From positions 96,001 to 160,000 of the forward strand of contig JANRIL010000020.1 in assembly GCA_033764955.1 (NCBI GenBank): 64,000 bases of DNA. Reading direction: 5' to 3'. Within the stretch, counting starts at the first letter, position 1, and each line of letters begins with the position of its first letter. The translations under genes were made by a program, and so were the position numbers. Below the pieces are notes generated by a model, which did not search any database, was not told where the DNA came from, and saw nothing but the letters and a program-made list of their open reading frames with translations. Source of the stretch: Cyanobacteriota bacterium (GTDB taxonomy: Bacteria; Cyanobacteriota; Cyanobacteriia; Thermostichales; Thermostichaceae). Shown piece by piece: positions 50,890 to 62,500 of this stretch.

Positions 50890-51681
50890 ATGGCCGGACT
50901 ATCCACAAGCCGTTGGCTGCCCCAAGTCATCTTGGCGGGCGGTGCCCTCTTAATTGTTTTGAGTACCAATCCGTTTCGGTTTGTCGAAAATGGCGAAAAT
51001 TTGGTGGTGTTTTCCTGGTTTGAAGGGGTCAAACCCACCCCCTTGCAACCGGGCTTTCACCTCGTCACCCCGATTGTTACGTCCACAATTCCCTTTGATA
51101 TCAAAACCCGTGCCCTCACCTGGAAAGATGAGGATGGAACCGCCTATGGCCCCCGCTTAGTTTCTCTGTCCCGTGATGGACAAGAAATTCGCTCGGAAGT
51201 GACGCTGCAATTTCGCGTGTCGGATCCCCCAACTGTTTTTAATACCTTAGGGGTGGACTATGTGGATCGAATTGCCCCGATTGTTCGCTCCGTGATTGCT
51301 TCCGAAACTGCGGCTTTTTCTGCTCAGGCTCTCTACTCTACCGAAAGACCCGTCTTGCAGGTACAAATTCAAGAGCGAGTTTCCAGTTATCTGCAACCTT
51401 TTGGAATCACCGTCCAGGAACTTTTGCTGCGAGATGTCGATTTTGATCCGGATTTTGTCGCGGCTATCGAATCCAAAACGATTGCTGAAAATCAACTGGC
51501 AAAAAAAGAATTTGAGATCGAACAAGCCCGTCAAGATGCCCGTTCGGTGATTGCCGAGGCGCAAGCAGAAGCGGGATCCCTAGAGGCAAAAGCCAATGCT
51601 TTGACCCAAAATCCTGAATATTTAGAAGTCGTTAAATCGGGAGTTCTGGGTGACACCCTCAATACTCTTGTGAGCCGATAA
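50890..51681 (+). CDS. SPFH/prohibitin-family protein
   Basis: N-terminal TM, LQPGFHLV, AAIESK coiled-coil tail; AGGAG upstream. Confidence 0.88.
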   Translation: MAGLSTSRWLPQVILAGGALLIVLSTNPFRFVENGENLVVFSWFEGVKPTPLQPGFHLVTPIVTSTIPFDIKTRALTWKDEDGTAYGPRLVSLSRDGQEIRSEVTLQFRVSDPPTVFNTLGVDYVDRIAPIVRSVIASETAAFSAQALYSTERPVLQVQIQERVSSYLQPFGITVQELLLRDVDFDPDFVAAIESKTIAENQLAKKEFEIEQARQDARSVIAEAQAEAGSLEAKANALTQNPEYLEVVKSGVLGDTLNTLVSR

Positions 51682-51733
51682 TCCCTCAGAAAAATTAATA
51701 CCCGCTATCTATGCCAAAAGCAGGAGATGAACG

Positions 51734-52684
51734 ATGTCTTCATCCTTACCGTTACCCAAATTTATTGTTCCCACCGCCATTGGTATTGGTGTTCTTGCCC
51801 TTGTGATTCAAGCTCGCCCTTTTCTTTATGTAACCGAACCCGGTAGTGCCACAGTTATTTTTAATGCCTTTTCGGGTCTACAAAAAGATCGGGTTGAGAA
51901 GCCGGGGGTCACTTTGATTACCCCTCTGATTGATCGACCCATTACTTACAATGTCCGCACCAAGGTTTGGGAGTTTACGGATGATCCCAATTCTTTTAAT
52001 CAAGCCAGTAATGCTATTACCGTCAACACGGCTGATGGACAAGCCTTTACTGTTGATGTTTCGATTGCCCTCAAACCCAATGAAGTAACCCTCGATAATC
52101 TTCATGCCGAAATTGGACAAAACTATATGGCGACGGTGGTGGTTCCGGTGGTGCGTTCTAAGTTTCGGGATATTTCGGCAGGATTTGAATCGGAGGATTT
52201 TTATCAAAAAGAGCGTCGTACTGAGATCGAACAAAAAGCAACCGATCTGATCCGACAGGAGATGCCGACGGCGGATGTGAATGGAGCACCAGTGCCCCTA
52301 ATTTTGATTGAGAGCATTTTTGTTGGCACCGCCAACTTCCCCCCCGCCCTTAAAGATTCTATTGAACAACGGCAAGTGGCCTCGATTACTGCCCAAACCG
52401 CTAGAGTCAGAGCCGAAATTCAGGACAAAGAAACTCAACGACTGTTAATCTTGGCGGAAGCCAACCAACGAGCCATCGAACTGAAAGGTCAAGCCGCCGC
52501 CAAAAATGCCGAGTTGGCGGATTTGCTCTTTTACGAACGTCTAGAAGATCGGATTCGCCGTGCCCGTGCCGCAGGGGATCCCCCACCTCTGGGGGTGATT
52601 CGCATTGAAGGGGACTCGACGGTTTTCCTGAATGTGGATCCGCAAAAAGCGATGGCGGTGACTACATCGCAGCCCCAACAATAG
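51734..52684 (+). CDS. SPFH/prohibitin-family protein
   Basis: N-terminal TM, TADGQ, SIEQRQ...AEAN coiled coil; AGGAG upstream. Confidence 0.86.
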   Translation: MSSSLPLPKFIVPTAIGIGVLALVIQARPFLYVTEPGSATVIFNAFSGLQKDRVEKPGVTLITPLIDRPITYNVRTKVWEFTDDPNSFNQASNAITVNTADGQAFTVDVSIALKPNEVTLDNLHAEIGQNYMATVVVPVVRSKFRDISAGFESEDFYQKERRTEIEQKATDLIRQEMPTADVNGAPVPLILIESIFVGTANFPPALKDSIEQRQVASITAQTARVRAEIQDKETQRLLILAEANQRAIELKGQAAAKNAELADLLFYERLEDRIRRARAAGDPPPLGVIRIEGDSTVFLNVDPQKAMAVTTSQPQQ

Positions 52685-52759
52685 GTCAAAAAACTTAGGC
52701 AGAGGGCGGGGGTAAGATATACTGCCTGGAGAGTCTTCAGCCATTCATTAGGTATTGGG

Positions 52760-54310
52760 ATGAACGTTTTGCTGTTTTCCCCCATATTCCCCAAAACCTT
52801 TTGGTCATTTGAGCGGGTTTTGCAATTGGTGGGACGGCAGGTTTTGTTGCCCCCGCTGGGGCTGATTACCGTTGCCGCCTTGCTTCCCCAAGACTGGAAT
52901 TTTCGCTTGGTGGATCGCAATATTGCTCCAGCCTTAGAGGCCGATTGGCAATGGGCGGATTTAATCGTGATTTCGGCCATGATGGTGCAAAAAGCCGATT
53001 TCCTCTTCCTGATCCAAGAAGGGAAGCGCCGAGGCAAGCGCGTGGCGGTGGGAGGACCTTATCCCACCTCGTTGCCGGAGGAAGCCCTGGCGGCTGGGGC
53101 AGACTATCTGGTTTTGGATGAGGGAGAACACACGATCCCAATGTTTGTGCAGGCGCTTGCCCAAGGGGATCCCCAGGGAATCTTTCGCAGCCCTGACAAG
53201 CCGGATATCACCCAAACTCCTATCCCCCGCTACGACCTGCTCAATCTATCGGCTTATGATTCCATGTCGGTACAATTTTCGCGGGGCTGCCCTTTTCAAT
53301 GTGAGTTCTGCGACATCATCGTCTTGTATGGCCGCAAACCCCGCACCAAAACCCCAGAACAACTGCTGGCGGAGTTGCAGACCCTCTATGACTTGGGTTG
53401 GAACCGCTCCGTTTTTGTCGTGGATGACAACTTTATCGGCAACCAGCGGAATGTCAAAGTCCTTCTGCGCCAGTTGATCCCTTGGATGCAGGAACGGGGC
53501 TATCCCTTTTCGTTTATTACGGAGGCTTCGGTCAATCTGGCGGAGGATCCCGAACTGTTGGAGTTGATGGTGGAAGCCGGGTTTGACTCGGTGTTTTTGG
53601 GCATCGAAACCCCTGATGAAGCCAGTTTGGATCTGACCAAGAAGTTTCAAAACAATCGTCAGCCGCTGGTGGAGTCCTGTCAGCGGATCACACAGGCGGG
53701 TTTGCGGCTGTTGGCGGGCTTCATTATTGGCTTTGACGGTGAGAAAGCGGGGGCAGGTCAACGGATTGTCCAGTTTGTTGAGGAAACCGGGATCCCCGAT
53801 GCCATGTTTAGTATGCTGCAAGCCCTGCCAGGAACCGCTCTCTGGGCGCGGCTGGAGAAAGAAGGACGGCTGCGGGATCTGGGAACGGGCATGAACCAAA
53901 GCACCCTCATGAATTTTGAACCCACCCGCCCCCTTCAGCAAATCGCCGAAGAATATGTGCAAGCCTTCTGGGAACTCTACGAGCCGGAGCGATTTTTGCG
54001 TCGTTGTTATCGCTATGCCCTGCAATTGGGATCCCCCAAAGGCAAGCGCCCCTTCAAACTTCCTCAATGGCCGGAGGTGCGTGGCCTGTTGACCGTCGCT
54101 TGGTTACAAGGGATCCAACGAGCCGAAACTCGTCGCCTGTTTTGGAGCCAGTTGTGGAGTCTCTGGCAAAACAATCCAGCAGCGATTGTGCCCTATCTCA
54201 CTGTCTGCGCCCACGGGGAACACTTTTTTGAGTTTCGCCAAGAGGTTCGCCAGCAAATCGGATCCCAGTTGGCGGAGCAGATCACGCATCGAGATCTCGA
54301 ACGGGTTTAG
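52760..54310 (+). CDS. B12-binding radical SAM protein (DUF4070 type)
   Basis: PPLGLITVAA, SRGCPFQCEFCD, VDDNFIGN, GIETP. Confidence 0.93.
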   Translation: MNVLLFSPIFPKTFWSFERVLQLVGRQVLLPPLGLITVAALLPQDWNFRLVDRNIAPALEADWQWADLIVISAMMVQKADFLFLIQEGKRRGKRVAVGGPYPTSLPEEALAAGADYLVLDEGEHTIPMFVQALAQGDPQGIFRSPDKPDITQTPIPRYDLLNLSAYDSMSVQFSRGCPFQCEFCDIIVLYGRKPRTKTPEQLLAELQTLYDLGWNRSVFVVDDNFIGNQRNVKVLLRQLIPWMQERGYPFSFITEASVNLAEDPELLELMVEAGFDSVFLGIETPDEASLDLTKKFQNNRQPLVESCQRITQAGLRLLAGFIIGFDGEKAGAGQRIVQFVEETGIPDAMFSMLQALPGTALWARLEKEGRLRDLGTGMNQSTLMNFEPTRPLQQIAEEYVQAFWELYEPERFLRRCYRYALQLGSPKGKRPFKLPQWPEVRGLLTVAWLQGIQRAETRRLFWSQLWSLWQNNPAAIVPYLTVCAHGEHFFEFRQEVRQQIGSQLAEQITHRDLERV

Positions 54311-54393
54311 CGCACCTACGATTATTGGCCTAACCGATATTAAGGAGGCCAAATGCCCCAGAAACTCCGCCTACAAGCTGATTATTGGATTGA

Positions 54394-56133
<1,740 letters not shown>

Positions 56134-56141
56134 AGGGGATA

Positions 56142-57881
56142 TCAGGCCGGAGACTGCAAAGCCTGCAAAATGGTCTGAATTTGGTTGAGCTGCTCTTGAC
56201 TCGTTTGTTCCGCCTGGGCTTTTTGACTCAACACCTCTGAAAGGTGGTCAATCTGCTGCTGCCAGCCACTCAGTCGATCCCGCTCCTGTTGCAGGAGGTC
56301 TTGCCGTTGCTGCAAGCGTCCCCAGGTTTCTGCGATCCCCTGGAGTTGACCGCGTAGGGATCCCTCCTCGCCCTCCAGTTGCCTCCAGCGCTGCTCCATC
56401 TCCTCCTGCTGCAAAGTCAGGGTTTCCTGCTGAGTCCGCAGCGCATCGGACAATTGCTGTAGCTGAGTCTCCAGCCGCTCCTTTTCATCGATATGAGATT
56501 GCTTCTGCTCATTCAATTGCGCCAACATCGGTCCAATATCCACCGTGGGCATCGCTGCCACCGCTACTGCTGTTCCTCCCTTGAGTTGAGCCAAACGGGC
56601 TTCTTGTCTGACCAACTCTTCATATTCTCGCTGTAGGCTCTCCTGTTGGGGAAACAAGGTTTCCTCTAGTGCCACGCAAGCGGATTGAGCGTAGTCGATA
56701 TCCATCTCAATTTCCATCCGCTCATCAGGAGAAGCAGTCGTTAGTCGTTCTTGCAGCTCATAGAGGCTTTGTCGATTTTGTTCTAACTCTGCCATTTGTT
56801 GGTTGACTTGCGCCGAGCGTTGGTCGTACTGTCGCCGCAGGTTTTGTACCACCTTGGTCAGTTCTTCGGGAGAAATTGCCTCCTCTTGAGGTTTGGTCGA
56901 ACTGCCCACCCCTGAGTTGGCGGTAATAAAATCGTAATCCCGTACCAACCCATAGGCGTAACGGTTGATGTCTTCCTGAAGTTGAATCTGTTCCGTCAGT
57001 TTTTGGATCTGCTCTTGGCGAACCCGCCGCAATGCCTCTTGGTTGCGTACCTCCGCTAGGGCTTGATCAAGGGTGAGGCGAGCCTTCAGCCATTCCTGCC
57101 GCCGACCTAACCAAGCTTGTAACGCTCGATCGGCCTCCTGTTGCTGTTGCTGAGTGCGGTTTCGTTCTTCATTGAGCTGGTCGAAAGCATGATCTAGCTC
57201 CTGCCGCCGTTGCTGGAGTTGTTGCTGAACAGGCTGGACATACCCCCCAACATCCCCACCTGAGCGCCAACCCGCTTGCAGTTGGCTGATCAGTCCCTCT
57301 AATTGTTGAGCCTCGGCTTCGCTGAGACGACTTTGTTGGGCTTCGTCTAGGCGGGCTTGCAATTCCTGCTGTTGCTGATTGAGGGATTCTCGCTGTTGGC
57401 CAATTAACCGTTGTTGATCGGCAATATGAGCTTCTAAAGCGGCGATTTCCTCTCGCTTCGCCTCTAGGATTTTGCTTTCTTCCTGCACCGACTGATATTT
57501 CTCAAACAGCCGTTGTAGCTCCTCTTCTTGAGCTTCTAGCTCCATCTCTCGACGGTTGAGTTCTTGGCTCTGAAAGGTGAGGGAAGACTTCCAGGTTTCG
57601 ATTTCTTCTTCTTGGGTGCGGGCTTTATCTTGAAGGCGAGTAAAGTTTTGTAAGTAGGTGACCAATTGTTTCCCCGCTTCATTGATGCGGGTAATTTGAC
57701 GGTTGCTGGCGATATCGGCCAAAACCATCTGACCATCTTTTAATCGCTGAATCAATTGAGAATCGACCGCCGCCGGTTCTTCGTTGACCCCCTGCCAGAC
57801 GTTTTCCTGTACCTGCTTGGCTAACAGGAGCAGGGTTGGCCTACCCAAAGTCGGCTTGCTTAACTCAGCTAGATACAGCAC
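56142..57881 (-). CDS. hmpF: Pilus motility/taxis coiled-coil protein HmpF
   Basis: MLYLAE start, EEIETWKSSLTFQSQELNRREMELE motif, long coiled coil. Confidence 0.88.
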   Translation of the reverse strand: MLYLAELSKPTLGRPTLLLLAKQVQENVWQGVNEEPAAVDSQLIQRLKDGQMVLADIASNRQITRINEAGKQLVTYLQNFTRLQDKARTQEEEIETWKSSLTFQSQELNRREMELEAQEEELQRLFEKYQSVQEESKILEAKREEIAALEAHIADQQRLIGQQRESLNQQQQELQARLDEAQQSRLSEAEAQQLEGLISQLQAGWRSGGDVGGYVQPVQQQLQQRRQELDHAFDQLNEERNRTQQQQQEADRALQAWLGRRQEWLKARLTLDQALAEVRNQEALRRVRQEQIQKLTEQIQLQEDINRYAYGLVRDYDFITANSGVGSSTKPQEEAISPEELTKVVQNLRRQYDQRSAQVNQQMAELEQNRQSLYELQERLTTASPDERMEIEMDIDYAQSACVALEETLFPQQESLQREYEELVRQEARLAQLKGGTAVAVAAMPTVDIGPMLAQLNEQKQSHIDEKERLETQLQQLSDALRTQQETLTLQQEEMEQRWRQLEGEEGSLRGQLQGIAETWGRLQQRQDLLQQERDRLSGWQQQIDHLSEVLSQKAQAEQTSQEQLNQIQTILQALQSPA

Positions 57882-58379
57882 GCTGAAACTCCCTCAAAAT
57901 AATCAAGACCTTTCATCTCCATCCAACCAGCTAGAAGCATCTGGATATCCAAATTGAGAAAACCCAGACTCTCTAGCCAATTGTGTTGAATGAAACCCCA
58001 TAGATGCTTATTCTAAGCTTGACCCAAGTTAACCAAGTAAAGGCTAATCCTTTACTTTTACCGTAGTGTCATTGTAACCACGACACCTCAATAGCTAGCT
58101 GTTCATTTTGCCATGATCTCAAACCTCTGGAGGGGAGTGTGGGGATGATAGGGATGGTGGCCAGAGAGGGGGAGATCCCAGGTTATTCTCACCTCACCCC
58201 CTTGCAACCATTATCGTAGTCACAAACTCAAAAAGTTGATATCCCCGATGCTTAAGGGATGATGCAGGGGATTGAGTGGGCGGGCTTTGCCACCCATCAT
58301 CATCTGTTTAGTGCCAATTCGGGGAGGGGGATCCCTCAGATTCGCTACAGTTGCATAGGGTACTGTTTGGTGAAGCCTC

Positions 58380-59588
58380 ATGAATGTTCCTCCGGTGCGT
58401 TGGCTGCAAGTTTGGATTCTAGCGGCTCTCCAGGGATCCATCACCCTATGTTGGGTGATTTACAACTTCTATATTCCGCAGTTTTTGGAGGGGTTGGGGT
58501 TCACGGCGGGGGTGGCGATGCTGCTGCAACTGATTGAGAATGCGTTGGCGGCTGTGATCGAACCGATCATGGGAGCGGCCTCGGATCAAACTCGCCTCTG
58601 GATGAGTAGTCGCTTTCCCCTGATAGCGGCGGGGGTGTTGGGATCGGCGGTTTTGTTTGTAGGGATCCCATGGGTGGGGGACTGGTCAGAAGCCCGACTC
58701 ATCCTGCCCATGCTGGCGGTAGTGTGGGCTGTCGCCATGAGTGTTTTTCGCAGTCCGGCGATGGCGCTTCTGGGAAGCTATGCCTCGGCGACGCAACTTC
58801 CTCAAGCTACAGCGATTCTCACCTTGGTGGGAGGGCTGACGGGGGCGCTGTCTCCCCTCACCCAAACGGCCATCCTCAACCTTGGCCCTACCGCCGCTTT
58901 TCTGGTGGGATCGATTGTCCTACTGGTGGTGGCTAGTGTTTTGCGAGGGGTTGCGGGATCCCTAGCGGCGGAACCATCGGGATCCCTGCCCACCGTTATC
59001 TCTCAGGCATCAACCGCTTCACCGCAACCACTAGCTCTGCCCTCACTGGCAGGTATTTTTATGCTGGGCTTGGGGGTAGCTTTAGGATTTCGGATGATGG
59101 TGACGGCTTTCCCCAGCGTCTTGATAGATCTGGGAGCCAATTTTAGCTTCCCCCAAATTATTGCGGGCATTCTGTTTGTTTCGGGGCTGGCGGCGATCCC
59201 GGTGGGACGCTGGGCTACCCAATGGGGAAACTCGACAACGCTGCTGGCGGGGTTGCTGGGCATGGGGATCGGCCTACTGATCACGCTGGGGATCCCTCAT
59301 CTGCTGGTTGGTTATCTGCTGATTGGTTTATTTGGCCTCAGTTTTAGCCTGATCAATACGAGTGCTTTTAGCCTTTCCCTACTTTGGGTTCCGCCAGAAC
59401 GAGCGGGTTTGGGAATTGGCCTTTATTTTGGCGGATTTAGTGGGGGGATGGCAGTGGTCAACACCCTACTGGTGGTGCGCCCCGAAATTCCTCATTTAGC
59501 CCTAGTGGGTCTGGGTATCATCGGTCTCGGACTGGCACAGTTGGGAGTTTTCCTGGGGCAAACCCTCTCAACCCAAAATCATCCCTGA
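58380..59588 (+). CDS. MFS transporter
   Basis: About 12 TM helices; EPIMGAASD, FRSPAMALL. Confidence 0.88.
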   Translation: MNVPPVRWLQVWILAALQGSITLCWVIYNFYIPQFLEGLGFTAGVAMLLQLIENALAAVIEPIMGAASDQTRLWMSSRFPLIAAGVLGSAVLFVGIPWVGDWSEARLILPMLAVVWAVAMSVFRSPAMALLGSYASATQLPQATAILTLVGGLTGALSPLTQTAILNLGPTAAFLVGSIVLLVVASVLRGVAGSLAAEPSGSLPTVISQASTASPQPLALPSLAGIFMLGLGVALGFRMMVTAFPSVLIDLGANFSFPQIIAGILFVSGLAAIPVGRWATQWGNSTTLLAGLLGMGIGLLITLGIPHLLVGYLLIGLFGLSFSLINTSAFSLSLLWVPPERAGLGIGLYFGGFSGGMAVVNTLLVVRPEIPHLALVGLGIIGLGLAQLGVFLGQTLSTQNHP

Positions 59589-62500
59589 CCGCAAGCGCCA
59601 GACCGCTCAACCGAGAGGGGCGGTAAATCAAAATAGAATGTTGTGCCTTTTCCCTCTTCAGTAACGAAATCAATCTTGCCCCCCATGTTTTCAATAATGG
59701 CTTTGCAAATACTCAGACCTAATCCCGTACCTCCCTTTTGCCGCGTGTCGGAGGAATCGGCTTGGGCAAATTTCTGAAAAATTTGGCTGTGGAATGCAGC
59801 GGGGATCCCAGGCCCATGATCGGAGACAGCCACTCGCAAGAAATAAGCGGGAGTCATCGGCTCTCCCTGAAGCTCTGCCTCCGTTGAGAGAGCAGCTCCC
59901 ACGGGGGACACAGCCTCCAGGATACGTTGAACGGAAACGGTCACGGTAGATTGCGGGGGAGAAAATTTAGCAGCATTCGAGAGCAGATTGATCATGACCT
60001 GCATTAATCGGTTGCTATCAACTAGCACCTTATCGAAGTTAGCGGAGGTGTCCCCCTCACCGTCTGCATTGGTCAAGGTGGACAAATGGTTCTCCAGTTG
60101 AAAAACCACTTCAAATTGCTTGGCATAAGCCTGGCTGGCTTCGATAGATTGCTGCACCAGAGTAACTAAATCAACGGCTTTTAGATCAAAAGCCATCTTA
60201 CCCGATTCAATCTTTTCAATATCCAAAATATCATTGATTAACAAAACCAGGCGGCGAGTATTTTTATAGGCAATATCAATCAATAGATGCACCTGATCCG
60301 GAAGCCTGCCGGCAATCCCTCCATTGATGAGTCCCAGGGATCCCTGAATGGAGGTCATGGGAGTTCTCAACTCATGGCTGACCATTGAAACAAACTCGTT
60401 TTTCATGCGCTCAACTTTCTTATATTCGGTAATATCCCGATAGCTCCAAACCCGCCCTGCGATAGTGTTATTGATCGTTTGGGGGTAAGAATAGCGCTCA
60501 AAAATACGGCCAGAAGCAAGCTCAACTAAATCAGTACTGATCAGTTGAGGATGACAATAAATCGCCTGGGTTCCTGAAATAAATCCCTGAGGATCCTGGG
60601 TTTGGTGAGCCATGAGAGCTAGCCAAACTTCGGCATCAAAGTTGAGGAGTGATGACTCTGGAATTTCCCACATTTCTGCAAAACGACGATTAACAGCAAT
60701 GACCTTTTGATAGAGATCAGTGGCTAAAATTCCATCGGCTGTTGCGTCTAACGTTGCTTTCAGGAGAGACAGAGACTTACCCAGTTCGGCTTCTGTCTGT
60801 TGACGAACAAAAATCTGATTTTGCAATTCCTGTAGCGTTAATTCTAACTCATGGTTTTTCTCAGTTAGTTGCTGGGTTCTCTGAGCTACCCGCTGCTCCA
60901 AAGTGGAATACAAAAACGCATTTTCAATAGAGATAGCAGCTTGAGAAGAAAGAATACTCAAAATCTCAAGACGATCGGGGGTGAAAGCGGAAGTAGTTAG
61001 GTTATTCTCTAGATAAAAAATACCCGTCAGTCGCCCTTGATGAAAAATGGGTGAACAGAGAATAGATTTTGGCTGATGAACTTGCACATAGGGATCTTGA
61101 TTAAAAGGTTGCTGTTGTCGGGCATCATTAATAATTAAGCTTTCTTGGGTGCGTTGCACATAATAAATAATTGAAAATGGTATATCAGAATAAGTATTAA
61201 TGGGCTGGGATTGCAAAAGATGAATATGAGATTGATTGACTTGGGCAACAGCTTCTACAACCAATTGATTGTTTTTTGATAATATCAATGCACCATATTC
61301 CGCCCCAGCATTTTCAATGACTAACTGCATCAATGTCTCTAAAAGAAGTGGCAAATCAATTTGAGAAGAAAGGGCTTGTGAGGCACGAGTGACACTTACT
61401 AAATCGAGGGATCCGGGGGCTGCTACGAAAGGGCGAGAGGTATCAGATGGGTGGGAAGAAGCAAGCAAAGTCGTCAGTTTTAAGTCGGGATAACGGTTTT
61501 CTAAGTCTGACACCTTGGCTACGGATCCCCACTGTTGATAGTGATGGTAGGCTGACTTTAGATAGGTGCGAGCATGGCGTGTCAAGCCCTTTTGATGATA
61601 GAAGCTACCCGCCAGTTCATAAATGAGAGCCTGATTTTGCATAAACTTTTGTTCACTGGCCGCATCAATGGCTAGATCATAGTTTTGCATAGCTAGTAAA
61701 TCATTTCCTTCCAGTCGAGCTTCTTCTGCTTCCAACAATAGTAGTTTGTGTTGATAATTATCTGGGCAGTCTTTAGCCCAGCTAGCAATACGCTGTTTTT
61801 GGACTTGGAATGCTTGCTTAATAGCCGTCTGTTTTTCTAGGGATCCCTGTTTGCTTAGTTGAACTAGGGTGAGTGCATAGTAAAATGCATGTTCCCCAAT
61901 TCGTAGTTGACCTACGGAGGCTTGTTCATAGTCAAGAGCTGCTTTTGCCGACTGTTCGGCGGCAGTAAAGTGACCAAACAGGTAAAGGAATTGAGTTTTA
62001 AGAATATAATAAAGATGAACAGCAGAACGCAAACCAGCAGACTCTAAAAAAACTAGATAACTCGGTTTCTTTTCAGTTTCTTGTAGATACTTATCAAAAG
62101 TATCTGTGCTTTGATCAGGCTGTTGTAAACAATGGACTAAGGTTCGACAAAGAATCGGAAAAGGGTACTCCGCTTTGAATTGAATTTGGGTAAGGAAATC
62201 CAGACAGTTTTTGGCATCAATTTCTACTTCGGTGAGGGGATCCCCTTGCACAAGCGTTCGATAACTGTAGATCGTACTGGCAAATCCGGCATGAACCAAA
62301 TCTCCTGCTTCTAAGCAATATTGAAAGGATTTAAGAGCCAGTTGGCGAGATTTTCGCACATGCACAACCCAGTGATCGATATGGCAGGAAAAAGCTTGTA
62401 GCGCTCGCCCGCGTGCCGGAGACTGGGGAAATTCTTCAGCAATTTGAATTCCCACCTCTCCAAAAGCATAGGCTCGTTGATAATCGGCTAAACGGGATCC

